Shown here piece by piece: positions 46,016 through 55,219 of a DNA stretch of 64,000 nucleotides. Position numbers and translations under genes: made by a program. Source of the stretch: Ostreococcus lucimarinus (Eukaryota); NCBI GenBank assembly GCA_000092065.1, contig CP000591.1. One strand, given 5' to 3'. How positions within the stretch are numbered: position 1 is the first letter of the stretch; each line of letters starts with the position of its first letter. The notes beneath the pieces are model-generated. The model ran no database searches. It saw nothing but the letters and a program-made list of their open reading frames with translations, and was not told the DNA's origin.

Positions 46016-48295
46016 ATGCACCGCGCGCGCGACGACGCGCGCGACGACGCGCGCGACGACGGCGACGACGCGCGCGACGACGCGCGCGACGGCGCGAACG
46101 ATTGGATGCGAGCGATTGAAAATCTCCAACCGACGACGCCGCGCGGCTGCGCCGCGTGCGCGGTGCTGGTCGCGATCGCGCTCAAGGCGACGACGGCGAA
46201 CGAGTCGTCGTTCGCGCTCGGCGCGCTCGTCGGGTGCGCGGGAACGCTCGCGGCGCAGGTGGCGGCGGTGACGCGCGCGGTGCGAGCGAACGCGGCGGCG
46301 ACGGCGGCGCGAGAGGTCGCGGACGCGGCGGCGCGGGAGGAGTTCGATCGCGGGCGCGACGACGACGCGAGAAACGGGGACGAGGGGCGGAACGCGGGCG
46401 TCGGGGCGACGACGAGCGTCGGGGAGGCGCCGCATTCGGGATGGATCGTGGTCGCGCGAGCGAACGCGAAGAGCGCGAAGGGCGCGGCGGCGAGCGGCGA
46501 GAAGAAGTTTGCGCGATTGACGCGCGATGGGAGGTTGCAGCTCGCGAATGAGCGCGGTGGAGAGGTGGTGGACGTGATCGATCTGTGCGGGTGCGATGTG
46601 GCGTTGACGAAGTTTCCGGGATTGGAAAAGCCGACGGAGTTGCGATGGCACAAGTCGACGCCGATGGTGGTGCGTCACGGCGATCGCGCGGTGTATCGAT
46701 CGATGAAGACGGTGTGGCTGTTTGCGTTGTCGTCACCGGCAAAAGAGGCGTGGTTCGTGGCGCTGATGACGTGCGTGGAGCGTTTGCGCGCGGAGAGTGG
46801 CGGCGCCGAAGCGGACGCGCGCGCGCTCGACCGCATGCGCGTCGAGGCGGATGATTTCGCAAAGTTTACGCAAGAGACGAAGAAATACAAGGAAGAATCC
46901 GCGCGGCGAGACGCACACGCGCAAGGCACGCACTCTGCGGGCGCGGGTACGGCTGGGGCGACGATAAACGCTCTTGGATCGAGGCTGCTATTCGACATGT
47001 TTCGCGACGAGCGTTGGCAACTCGAGCAAAAGGAAAAGTTGGTCAACAAGATGAATAACGCTCCGGGCACGCCCAAGTTTGTCGGTACGTTTGAGATCAC
47101 GCATATCGACTTCGGATCAACGGTGCCGCACATCATTAGCGCTCGCGTGCCGAGCTTTAGCTCGTCGAGCGCGCCCTGGGATGGCGCCTCTATGCCGGGG
47201 CGCGGCTTCTCGCACGCGCTCGAACTCGACGTCGAGTACGTTGGTCGGGCGACAATGACCGTGCAGACGCGCGTGGATTTGTCCAAGTACGCGCAAGACA
47301 TGGAGAGTGAGGCGAATAACGTGTCGAACGCGGAGTCCGTCGACGAAATCGCGCGGAGTTTTTCGAGTATAAAAAAGGCGGCGGCTCGCGAGGCGGCGAG
47401 AGTTGTCACCTCGCTTTCTGATACACTTAGCGCGACGCCGTTGCGCTTCACGCTAACCCTGAAGAAGTGTCAGGGCGTCATGCGTCTGTGGATTCCACCG
47501 CCCCCGGGCGATCGTTTGTGGTGGGGGTTGATCAAGGAGCCGGACATCGATCTTGAAATCATCCCCGAGCTCGGCGCCGCGGCGATCTCTCATGAGGGTA
47601 TCGCCTCGCGTGTCTCGCAATTCCTTCGCAACCTATTCGTTGCCGACATGCACTCCCAACTTCTGCTGCCGAACTGCGTCGCTGAGCCTTGGAAGGAGCT
47701 TCGACCGTTCGTAAGCGCGATGGAGTTGTCGCTCGCCGAGGCGGCGACGGAGGAGTTCTCGGCCTTGCAGCCGCCTTCGCCTTCGCCCTCACCAATCAAC
47801 ACTGAACGTGAACGTCCAGCTGAACGTGACCGTCCAGCAGTATCGAACGTGACGACGCCAGCGTCGACTCCCAGACCCTCGTTCGACACCCCCACGTCAC
47901 CACCGCCCGAGCAAGTGATGGAGAGTCCACCTGTGTCGCCGAAAGCGTCCGTCGCGCCCATCGCCGCCGTGAGCGCGTCGCTCCCATCCTCCCCCACCGC
48001 CACCATCACCGGTCTCGCGACGACGACATCTACCGAGCCGCCACCCAAACGTCCAGCATCCGAAGACATCCAAGCCAAGCCAACGTCGTCTTTCTTCGCC
48101 CAGGCGAAATCGTTCACGCAAAAGCTCGAACGTTCCTTCGGCGACGACTTCAAGGATTTCACCGCCGCCGTCAAAGACGCCGGCGTCGCCGGCGGATTGA
48201 AGCACGTCTCCAAGAACATCGAAAAAGTTATCGCGCCGACGTCAAGCAAAGATCCCGCGCAACCATCCTCTTCGAATGTGTTAAAGAACGATTAG
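46016..48295 (+). CDS. PH-like plus SMP (synaptotagmin-like mitochondrial lipid-binding) domain lipid-transfer protein (TEX2/Nvj2-like)
   Basis: PH-like: GWIVVARANAKS...KKFARLTRDGRLQLANERGGEVVDVIDLCGCDV...RAVYRSMKTVWLFALSSPAKEAWFVAL. SMP: INALGSRLLFDMFRDERWQLEQKEKLVNKMN...PKFVGTFEITHIDFGSTVPHI...LELDVEYVG. ATG at 46016; a (DDAR)n repeat follows at the N-terminus. Confidence 0.65.
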   Translation: MHRARDDARDDARDDGDDARDDARDGANDWMRAIENLQPTTPRGCAACAVLVAIALKATTANESSFALGALVGCAGTLAAQVAAVTRAVRANAAATAAREVADAAAREEFDRGRDDDARNGDEGRNAGVGATTSVGEAPHSGWIVVARANAKSAKGAAASGEKKFARLTRDGRLQLANERGGEVVDVIDLCGCDVALTKFPGLEKPTELRWHKSTPMVVRHGDRAVYRSMKTVWLFALSSPAKEAWFVALMTCVERLRAESGGAEADARALDRMRVEADDFAKFTQETKKYKEESARRDAHAQGTHSAGAGTAGATINALGSRLLFDMFRDERWQLEQKEKLVNKMNNAPGTPKFVGTFEITHIDFGSTVPHIISARVPSFSSSSAPWDGASMPGRGFSHALELDVEYVGRATMTVQTRVDLSKYAQDMESEANNVSNAESVDEIARSFSSIKKAAAREAARVVTSLSDTLSATPLRFTLTLKKCQGVMRLWIPPPPGDRLWWGLIKEPDIDLEIIPELGAAAISHEGIASRVSQFLRNLFVADMHSQLLLPNCVAEPWKELRPFVSAMELSLAEAATEEFSALQPPSPSPSPINTERERPAERDRPAVSNVTTPASTPRPSFDTPTSPPPEQVMESPPVSPKASVAPIAAVSASLPSSPTATITGLATTTSTEPPPKRPASEDIQAKPTSSFFAQAKSFTQKLERSFGDDFKDFTAAVKDAGVAGGLKHVSKNIEKVIAPTSSKDPAQPSSSNVLKND
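46031..46095. repeat. Coding microsatellite (GACGACGCGCGC)n encoding (DDAR)n
   Basis: gacgacgcgcgcgacgacgcgcgcgacgacggcgacgacgcgcgcgacgacgcgcgcgac; the same 12-mer repeat recurs at 56143-56180 in an unrelated gene. Confidence 0.6.
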
Positions 48296-48477
48296 CCCGT
48301 CGCCGCGCTCAAAAATTTGAAATTTCAAACCAGCTGTCGCAACTTCACGTCGACGTCCCCACACCGCGACGCTCGTCGCGCGTCCGACGGACGACGACGC
48401 GAACCGCGCGCAAACCCTGCGCGTGCTGCGCCCCCGGCTCGTCGTTCAATCGCTTCGCCTGCGCGCTCGCCGACGCC

Positions 48478-49494
48478 ATGGCTGCGGCGAAACGAAAACC
48501 ATCCGCGAGCGCCGCGTCGATGAAATCCTTCGACGACGACGTGCCGAGCGAGCGCGACGCGCTGAAAACGTGGAACGACATGGACGACGCCGCGCTCGAG
48601 GTCGAGATCGCGAAATATCGCGACGCGGTGGCGCGGTTGAAGGCGGAGATCGTCGCGAAGGATGGCGATCGCGCGATCGATGGGGTGGACTGGTTCGAGT
48701 ACGAACGAGACGCGACGACGACGGTCGACGGCGCCGATGGCGGCGCCGCGGGAGGTGAGAACGACGACGAGGATGAAGAGCTTGGAAATATCGATGACAT
48801 CGATCCGCGGGAGTGGATGGTGCCGAAACAGTGCATCCCGGTGCACGCAAACGTGACGACGTACGACTGGAAGCCGATGTACGAACACGAACAGTTCGAC
48901 GTCATCATGATGGACCCGCCGTGGCAGTTGGCCACGGCGAATCCGACGCGCGGGGTGAGTTTGGGATACTCGCAATTGACGGATCAGCACATCGCAGACT
49001 TGCCGTTGCCGCAATTGCAAAAGAATGGGTTGTTGTTCGTGTGGGTGATCAACGCGAAGTATCAGTGGTGCCTCAATCAGTTTAAAAAATGGGGCTACGA
49101 ATTCGTGGACGAGATCGTGTGGGTGAAGGTGACGAAAACGAGACGACTGGCGAAGTCACACGGCTTTTATTTGCAGCACGCGAAGGAAGTGTGCCTGGTC
49201 GCCCGTCGAGGAGACGCGCCGCCGGGATTGAAGAACAGAGCCATCGGGAGCGATATCATCTTCGCTCCTCGTCGCGGGCAATCGCAAAAGCCGACGGAGA
49301 TTTACGAGCTCATCGAAGAGCTCGTGCCGAACGGGCGGTACTTGGAGATTTTTGCGCGTAAGAACAACCTGCGCGACTATTGGGTGTCCGTCGGGAACGA
49401 GGTCACGGGGACTGGTTTGCCTCCGGACGACGTCAAGGCGTTCGAAGAGCGCGGGCACATTCCGTCCGCGAAATACGGCGCGTCTAATCGATAG
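48478..49494 (+). CDS. METTL3: MT-A70 family N6-adenosine methyltransferase, METTL3-like catalytic subunit (minimal form, 338 aa)
   Basis: FDVIMMDPPWQ (the DPPW catalytic motif), LLFVWVINAKYQW...WGYEFVDEIVWVKVTKT...HAKEVCLVARRG and QSQKPTEIYELIEELVPNGRYLEIFARKNN (human QSQKPDEIYGMIERLSPGTRKIELFGRPHN). ATG verified at 48478. Confidence 0.8.
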   Translation: MAAAKRKPSASAASMKSFDDDVPSERDALKTWNDMDDAALEVEIAKYRDAVARLKAEIVAKDGDRAIDGVDWFEYERDATTTVDGADGGAAGGENDDEDEELGNIDDIDPREWMVPKQCIPVHANVTTYDWKPMYEHEQFDVIMMDPPWQLATANPTRGVSLGYSQLTDQHIADLPLPQLQKNGLLFVWVINAKYQWCLNQFKKWGYEFVDEIVWVKVTKTRRLAKSHGFYLQHAKEVCLVARRGDAPPGLKNRAIGSDIIFAPRRGQSQKPTEIYELIEELVPNGRYLEIFARKNNLRDYWVSVGNEVTGTGLPPDDVKAFEERGHIPSAKYGASNR

Positions 49495-49563
49495 TCGCGT
49501 CTTCTTAGCTCTCATTGTGATTGGTGATTTCCTGTGTGACTTAAATAACTACTGAAAAGTGAC

Positions 49564-50277
49564 TCAGAACCGCGTCACGTCCCAAAGCACCCCCCGCGTC
49601 GTCGTCGCGAGCACGGTGATAACCAACGGCACCACGATCGCCACCGCCAACCCCACGGTGAGTTCATTCCAGAACCCTTTACCCACGAATTGATCGCCCT
49701 CCCAATTTTCCGTGTACAAATCCGGCCGATCTTCGATCCTTTTCCCGTTCGCGTCTCTCGATCGCGTCGGCGTTTCGTTCTTCGCCTTGGCTCTCGCCTC
49801 GCGCGCCTCTTCCTCCGCCCTCTCCTCCTCGCTCATCGCCGCGGCGACCATCTCCTGCGTCACCGTTATTTCCTTCTCCAGCACGAACGTGATCTCTTCC
49901 GCTCGCGTCGACCGTATGGCATCCTTCACGAACGCCAAGCGTTCCGTATCCGAAATTATCCAAAGCTTGTCCGCGTCCCCCACCGGCGACGTCAACGCGC
50001 GCAGTCTTTGTCCCGGCACCACCCCCGCGCGCTCGCAATCGCTCTCGCGCGCGACGCCAGCGACGAATATCGCTCGTTCGTTGTCGCCGACGACGAGGGC
50101 ATCCCATTTGATGCACTTTCGCGCTTCTTCCGTCGTCATCCTGATGGTGTACTCGGTGCTCTGGTCCGTCGAGTCGAGGAGTTGTGCGCGGCGCGCGTGA
50201 TGCGCGCGGCGCGCGCGCGACGCGAGCGCGCGCGACATCGGCGCGTTCGCGCGATGGGCGCGCGCGGAGGCGAGCAT
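49564..50277 (-). CDS. Hypothetical tail-anchored protein with a PDZ-like domain and an organellar-type presequence
   Basis: ATG verified at 50277. YTIRMTTEEARKCIKWDALVVGDNERAIFVAGVARESDCERAGVVPGQRLRAL is a PDZ-like fold. It is followed by an acidic/K-rich stretch and the terminal TM segment LTVGLAVAIVVPLVITVLA. Confidence 0.45.
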   Translation of the reverse strand: MLASARAHRANAPMSRALASRARRAHHARRAQLLDSTDQSTEYTIRMTTEEARKCIKWDALVVGDNERAIFVAGVARESDCERAGVVPGQRLRALTSPVGDADKLWIISDTERLAFVKDAIRSTRAEEITFVLEKEITVTQEMVAAAMSEEERAEEEAREARAKAKNETPTRSRDANGKRIEDRPDLYTENWEGDQFVGKGFWNELTVGLAVAIVVPLVITVLATTTRGVLWDVTRF

Positions 50278-50396
50278 GACGGCGGAAAGACGCGCGGCGC
50301 GGCGTTGTGAGGGCTCTATCCACTCGGCGAGCGGGACGACGAAGCCGAGCGTCGTCGCTCGATTGAAAATAAGCTATGGGCTACCGCTCCGACGCG

Positions 50397-51761
50397 TCAG
50401 TGTTTTGGTTTAGTGTTGCGGCGTGACGCTCGACGTGTCGTCGTCTGCGTCGTCGCTTCGCCGACTTGCGCGTGTGACTTATCGCCGCCGTGCAGGAACT
50501 CCTCGAGGACGCTTTCCTTCGGCGGACATGTCGGCGCGTTGTTGACGGCGACGCGTTCGCCCTTGGGCAAACGCTCGGCGAGTTGGCCGAGGGTGAGACC
50601 TATCAATTCCTTCGGCACCGTCTGTGAGGGCGCGCCCAGGTTCGCCGCGCTGCGCATGATGTCGTAACCTAAATGTTCGAAATCGCCGCCGTAGAACGTG
50701 TTGAAGAGATTCAAAAGCTCCGGATCAAAGCGCGACCAGCACGAGTGCAAGTCGGGCTTGGGGACATCCTTGTGCCACGCGTTCGTCACGACCATTTCGA
50801 TCTTTTTGTGATATCGATGGTGAATGAAACTAATGATGTTTTCCTCCTTTACGGACGCGCCCCCATGTCGTTTAGACCACGGCGTCAGCGGACACTCGCC
50901 TTCCTCCGCGCCGAAGCACTCTTCGATTCGAAAAAGATTTTCGGCGCGCGACGCCATGAGCATCTGCGGCGCCCAGTGAGACAACGAGGCGACGCCTCCG
51001 TTTATTTCATCCTCGCACTTCTTCTGCGCTCTCAACTCCCATCCACCCGCTTCGTAGCACGCTCGAATTTTTGAATCGTGCACGTTGAGCGTCAGGTGCG
51101 CGGCGAACTTTTCGCAATTCCCCTCGTCGTACCCAACCTTCAGGCTGTCGAACAACTTTCTATCGTACGTCCCGGTCCAGTACAAAAACTCTGACTCCGC
51201 GCGTTCGTACGGATTCCTCACGATCGCCCACGACTTTCGCACGTAATCCTTCGGAATCGAGTGCCAATTTTCCCAGCCGCGGTACCTCGGGTGCAGCTCG
51301 TACGCGCGATCCTCGCGCTTGATGCAGTACCCTTCCGCGATCCCCGACACCCCGAGCGAGGTCTCGATCGTCGTCCCGCCCGTCTTCGGGATGTGCAAAA
51401 ATATCGGAAATCCGTGGCCGGATCGTTTGTCGCCGATCGAGCGCCGCACGTCCAGCGCGCGCGCCTTTTCCGCGTCGGTGTACCCGAGGCGCGCGCGCGT
51501 CGCCGCGGCGTCGCTCGCGTCGCCCGATCGTCCCGCGATCGCGATCGCCACGCTCGCGGCGCCGAGCAGCGCGATGGCGGCGGCGCCAGCGGCGACGCGC
51601 GACCGGGACGGCGACGGTGACGGCGCGAAGCGCGAGCGAACGTCGTCGTCGCGACGGGTGTTGACGCCGATCGCGTCGACGTCGACGACGATGGCGTCGT
51701 CCGCGAGCGCGCGCGGGGGCGAGAACGCGGAGATGAGGCGCTCGCGTTCGTTGAGCGTCAT
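50397..51761 (-). CDS. Type II membrane carbohydrate sulfotransferase (Sulfotransfer_2-like)
   Basis: The N-terminal signal-anchor (VAAGAAAIALLGAASVAIAIAG), the 5'-PSB motif FPIFLHIPKTGGTTIETSLG and the 3'-PB-like AIVRNPYERAESEF. ATG verified at 51761. Confidence 0.65.
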   Translation of the reverse strand: MTLNERERLISAFSPPRALADDAIVVDVDAIGVNTRRDDDVRSRFAPSPSPSRSRVAAGAAAIALLGAASVAIAIAGRSGDASDAAATRARLGYTDAEKARALDVRRSIGDKRSGHGFPIFLHIPKTGGTTIETSLGVSGIAEGYCIKREDRAYELHPRYRGWENWHSIPKDYVRKSWAIVRNPYERAESEFLYWTGTYDRKLFDSLKVGYDEGNCEKFAAHLTLNVHDSKIRACYEAGGWELRAQKKCEDEINGGVASLSHWAPQMLMASRAENLFRIEECFGAEEGECPLTPWSKRHGGASVKEENIISFIHHRYHKKIEMVVTNAWHKDVPKPDLHSCWSRFDPELLNLFNTFYGGDFEHLGYDIMRSAANLGAPSQTVPKELIGLTLGQLAERLPKGERVAVNNAPTCPPKESVLEEFLHGGDKSHAQVGEATTQTTTRRASRRNTKPKH

Positions 51762-51870
51762 GGCGCCGCGCGCCGAGGGCGGTGCGACGCGGTGGGCGCG
51801 AGCCGAAGTGAAGTTACGCAGACCGCGTCGCGGCGGAGCTAACGCTAGAAGACTAGAAATCTACTGGGAA

Positions 51871-53535
51871 TCAATCGTCGACGGCGAACGCCGAGCCGCG
51901 AAGACGAATGATGAAATCGTCGGTGAACGCGCACCAGTCGCTCCACGCGCGGAGCGTGGCGAGGACGTCGCGCTTGAAGGCGCGCCGCGAGGCTGAGGAC
52001 GAAGCGGCCTCGAGGTACAGCTCGAGGCGCTCGAAGACGCTCGGAAGCGCGCTGATGAAGAGCGCGCGGTACGCTTGCACGCCCTTGACCGGTGCGGCAC
52101 AGTTATGAAGTAAATCTGAAACGACGTACAGGCGTGCGGTCATCGTTTGACGAGGGGTTTCGAGGTTGCAAAGCGACGTCGCGATGACGTCGACGACATC
52201 GGCGGCGCACTCGGCGCGCTCGACGGCGAACTCCATCGCATCGCGAATGTCGTCCCGTGCGACGGTGATGTGCTGAAGTATCTCAACCAGACTCTTGCGA
52301 TCCGCCGTAGAGAGCTTCATCGCCGCGCGTTTCGACGATCGACCAACACGATTCTCTAGTCGCGAGGCTTGCGTCTCGTCCAGGGGCGGCGGGATCCATC
52401 GCGCACCGTCACGAATCATCACGAACGGCTCGGTTCGCCACGTCTCTAACGCGTCGCTCTGTGCAAACGCGAACACGCGCCACGCGTAGTACGCGTGGGC
52501 TTGGGAACATTCGTCGAACAAAAACCGATACTCTTCGTTCGTAGCCTCTCGAGCCTTTAAAGCGCGCTCAAATACTTCGCCATCCTCTGCGACGTACGCC
52601 GCAGTTATGTCTATGCGCCTCTTGAGATCTTCATCATCTGGAATTTGCACGACAACGTCCGCTTCGTCCGACGTATCACTCGTCGCCGTCGGCGCCACGC
52701 TCCACGGAATGTCACCAAGCACTTCCGCGGGCGCGCGGGCCAAAAGTTCCGCCGCCTCATTCGCGTGCAACGTCGTCGGCCACATCGCGTGTTGTGGAAT
52801 CCTCATCGCCATGGATATGACAACATTTACCGTGTTGCCGAAAAGTAGCGCGTCGTGCATCTCGTCCACCGCGCGCTCCGCGCTCGTTCGCGACATGAAG
52901 CACACGTATCCGCTATTCGACGTCTCGCGGCTCTCCTTACTCGGCCGCCAAATTTTTACGCTCGCGATCGGGCCGTACCGCTCAAACGCTCGCGCCAGGT
53001 CAACGGCGGCGACGTCTACGGGTAGATTTGTGATTCGCACGTTTGAGCTTCGCGAGGCGTCCGTCGCCGTCGCCGGTTCGACGCGCTCCGACGTCGACGC
53101 CGGCTCCGAGCGCGCCGACGCTTCCGGCACCACCGGCGCCTTGGCCGCGAATTCCTCCAGCATCGCATCGATCGCTTTGAGCTTCTTCTTCCCGCGCGGC
53201 GCGCTCGGTCCGGCTTCGACGTCGTTCTCGGCGTCGGCGCCTTTGCGTTTCGCCGCCGGCGCCGGTCCGTCGCGAGCGCCGAGCGCGTACACCTCCCCGA
53301 CGCCCTCGTCGTCGACGCCGTCGCGCGCGTCCGGTCGTTGTAACCCTCCGCGCACGAAAGTCACGGCGTTCGCTCGTCCATCCTCGTCGTCGTCGTCGCC
53401 GTCGCCGAATTCGTTCTGAAACGTCTCGAGCACGGCTTCGACTTCCGCGGCGTCGCGCGCGGCTTTGCGGGCGTCGCGCGCGCGCTGCAGCGCGAGACGA
53501 TTGCCCTTGCGCGGATTGTTCAGGGAGAAGTGCAT
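51871..53535 (-). CDS. U2SURP: U2 snRNP-associated SURP-motif protein (U2SURP/SR140 homolog): RRM, SURP and CID domains
   Basis: EAVLETFQNEFGDG...ANAVTFVRGG (human [25 protein letters not shown]); the RRM NVRITNLPVDV...YGPIASVKIWRP...GYVCFMSRTSAERA; SURP YRFLFD...AHAYYAWRV; CID-like DIRDAMEFAVERAECAADVVDVI...ARLYVVSDLLHN. The ORF-track start at 53637 is TTG; the first ATG is at 53535. Confidence 0.8.
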   Translation of the reverse strand: MHFSLNNPRKGNRLALQRARDARKAARDAAEVEAVLETFQNEFGDGDDDDEDGRANAVTFVRGGLQRPDARDGVDDEGVGEVYALGARDGPAPAAKRKGADAENDVEAGPSAPRGKKKLKAIDAMLEEFAAKAPVVPEASARSEPASTSERVEPATATDASRSSNVRITNLPVDVAAVDLARAFERYGPIASVKIWRPSKESRETSNSGYVCFMSRTSAERAVDEMHDALLFGNTVNVVISMAMRIPQHAMWPTTLHANEAAELLARAPAEVLGDIPWSVAPTATSDTSDEADVVVQIPDDEDLKRRIDITAAYVAEDGEVFERALKAREATNEEYRFLFDECSQAHAYYAWRVFAFAQSDALETWRTEPFVMIRDGARWIPPPLDETQASRLENRVGRSSKRAAMKLSTADRKSLVEILQHITVARDDIRDAMEFAVERAECAADVVDVIATSLCNLETPRQTMTARLYVVSDLLHNCAAPVKGVQAYRALFISALPSVFERLELYLEAASSSASRRAFKRDVLATLRAWSDWCAFTDDFIIRLRGSAFAVDD

Positions 53536-53633
53536 CGCGGCGCGCGCGGCGCGCGCGCGCGCGAGAGTGAGGCGCGGGGGCGACGGGGGCGACGCCGAGA
53601 AGGCCGAGCGCGCGCGCCGTCGCGATGGTATTA

Positions 53634-55007
53634 TCAACGTCTTCTAGATCGCTTACGACGCCTGTCCCTGGAGCGCGAGCGCGAGGACGATGAACTATGC
53701 GAGCTCGATCCACTGGATGAACTCGACGAACTACGCGACCCGGAGGTCGAACTCGACGAACTGGAGCTCGAGCTCGACGAACTGGAGCTTGAACTCGACG
53801 AACTCGACGAGCTCCTAGAGCGCTTCGGCACCGTCTTGGGAGCTGTTTTCAACCACTCACGCATGTCCTCAGTAAGCGCACCAAGAGAGATGGAGGTGAA
53901 AAAGTTGATGCTAAACCGCGTGTTGCGAGGCTCGTCCTTGGGCATGATGCCTTGGAAGTACTCACGCATTTCAGGATTTTGCATCTTTTCGTTGAGCTGC
54001 TTCAAACCGAGCGCCTCTGCGAGTTCTTGGAACAGAATCTTGATAAAAATTCGTGAACTTGACGTCGTAGCTTCCTCGGTGAGTTGGATGTATGCCAGAC
54101 ACGTCCACGACATGGCGTCGGTGGCGAGTAAGTGCGCAAAGAATTTTGCCACGTTGCGAAGCTTGTTTGTCTCCAAACGGTGAATCGTACTGTACTGCTT
54201 CATGAAAACTTCGTCGAACAGTTGCGGGTAGATTTTGTGGATGAAACAAAACCGTTGCGCGAGCAAACCGTAGTACCGCAAGTAGGTGCGCTCCTGCGAC
54301 GCACATTCAACGAGCATCGTGCACAACTCTACTTCGGCGCCCGGCGGAATGTTGAGCTTCATCAATTTATGCCCAGCTTCTTCGAAATCTAACGAAGACA
54401 TGATGGTGAGATAAATCGTCCTTCGGAGGTTTACGAGATTTGTCTCCGTGAGATCCGCGATTTCGACCTTGCCATCGCCTCGGCTCGCCACAATGGCGCC
54501 CGCGCCCTCGTCGTCGCTCGACGAAGAACTCGACGACGAACCACTGTCGCTGTCGCTGTCGCTATCGCTCGAGCTCGAGCTCGATTCACCGAGAATTTCC
54601 TTGCGAATGTCTGCATATCGACGCTCGTTTTCCTCAAACTCGGGATCTTCTTTGAACACATCCAAACCAGGCTGCGCTTGCATCTCGTCGTCCAAGCCGA
54701 TTTCGTGCACGATTTGGTCGTCCTCGTCGACCAAATCTAGCTCGGGAGAGACCCCCTTTTTCCCCTCGAATCCACCTTTTCGAAACGCGAACAACCCTTC
54801 GATCATAAACTGAACGCGCTTGTCGATCTCACCTTCGTGTAAAATTCCTCTAAATCGCTCAAAGATGCCGTGCAAACCTTGCGGCGTGAGCTCTTGGAGC
54901 GTGAAGCCGCACTCCTTGACAAAATCAATCGCAACCTCTACGCTGTCGTCCGTGGGAGTGCCTAGCAACACAGTCAATAACTCTAGTGCTATCAACTCGT
55001 GAATGAT
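53634..55007 (-). CDS. CWC22: Pre-mRNA-splicing factor CWC22, exon 2 (end of MIF4G, MA3 domain, RS/poly-Ser tail)
   Basis: [34 protein letters not shown] (human [32 protein letters not shown]) and the MA3 block [26 protein letters not shown]...[21 protein letters not shown]...[15 protein letters not shown]...[14 protein letters not shown], nearly identical to human. The minus-strand exon begins after the acceptor ttttttctcgacag|atc (exon 2 begins at 55007). Confidence 0.85.
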   Translation of the reverse strand: [457 protein letters not shown]

Positions 55008-55219
55008 CTGTCGAGAAAAAAGGTAAACGGTCAATCACCCGCGCTGGAGAAGCGCCCCGTCGCGTCGGCGACCGCGTCGGCGGCGGCGTGACATCAGTGT
55101 TAAAAAGCTCGATATGATTTTGATCCTCACGGGAATCAGTGAGTGTTGCGTGATCATAATTCATCCTCTGTCACATCGCGCGCACCGCGTCGCATCGCGT
55201 CGTCCATCGAGCATCGTAC
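55008..55219 (-). other. CWC22: Spliceosomal intron (212 nt, phase 0, GT-AG) of CWC22
   Basis: Donor caacag|gtacga (minus sense; the exon ends at 55220) and acceptor ccttttttctcgacag| (the exon begins at 55007). The intron joins ...AALINQQ to IIHELIAL..., restoring colinearity with human CWC22 ([15 protein letters not shown]). The unspliced frame hits a stop at 55154. Confidence 0.8.

Noticed and set aside
53634-55034. ORF-track starts given as M at 55034 (CWC22), 53637 (U2SURP), 21606, 18356, 1192, 26671, 24636 and 55948
   Set aside because: Inspection of the nucleotides shows these are TTG or GTG codons. CDS starts were moved to the first in-frame ATG or, for CWC22, replaced by the splice acceptor.
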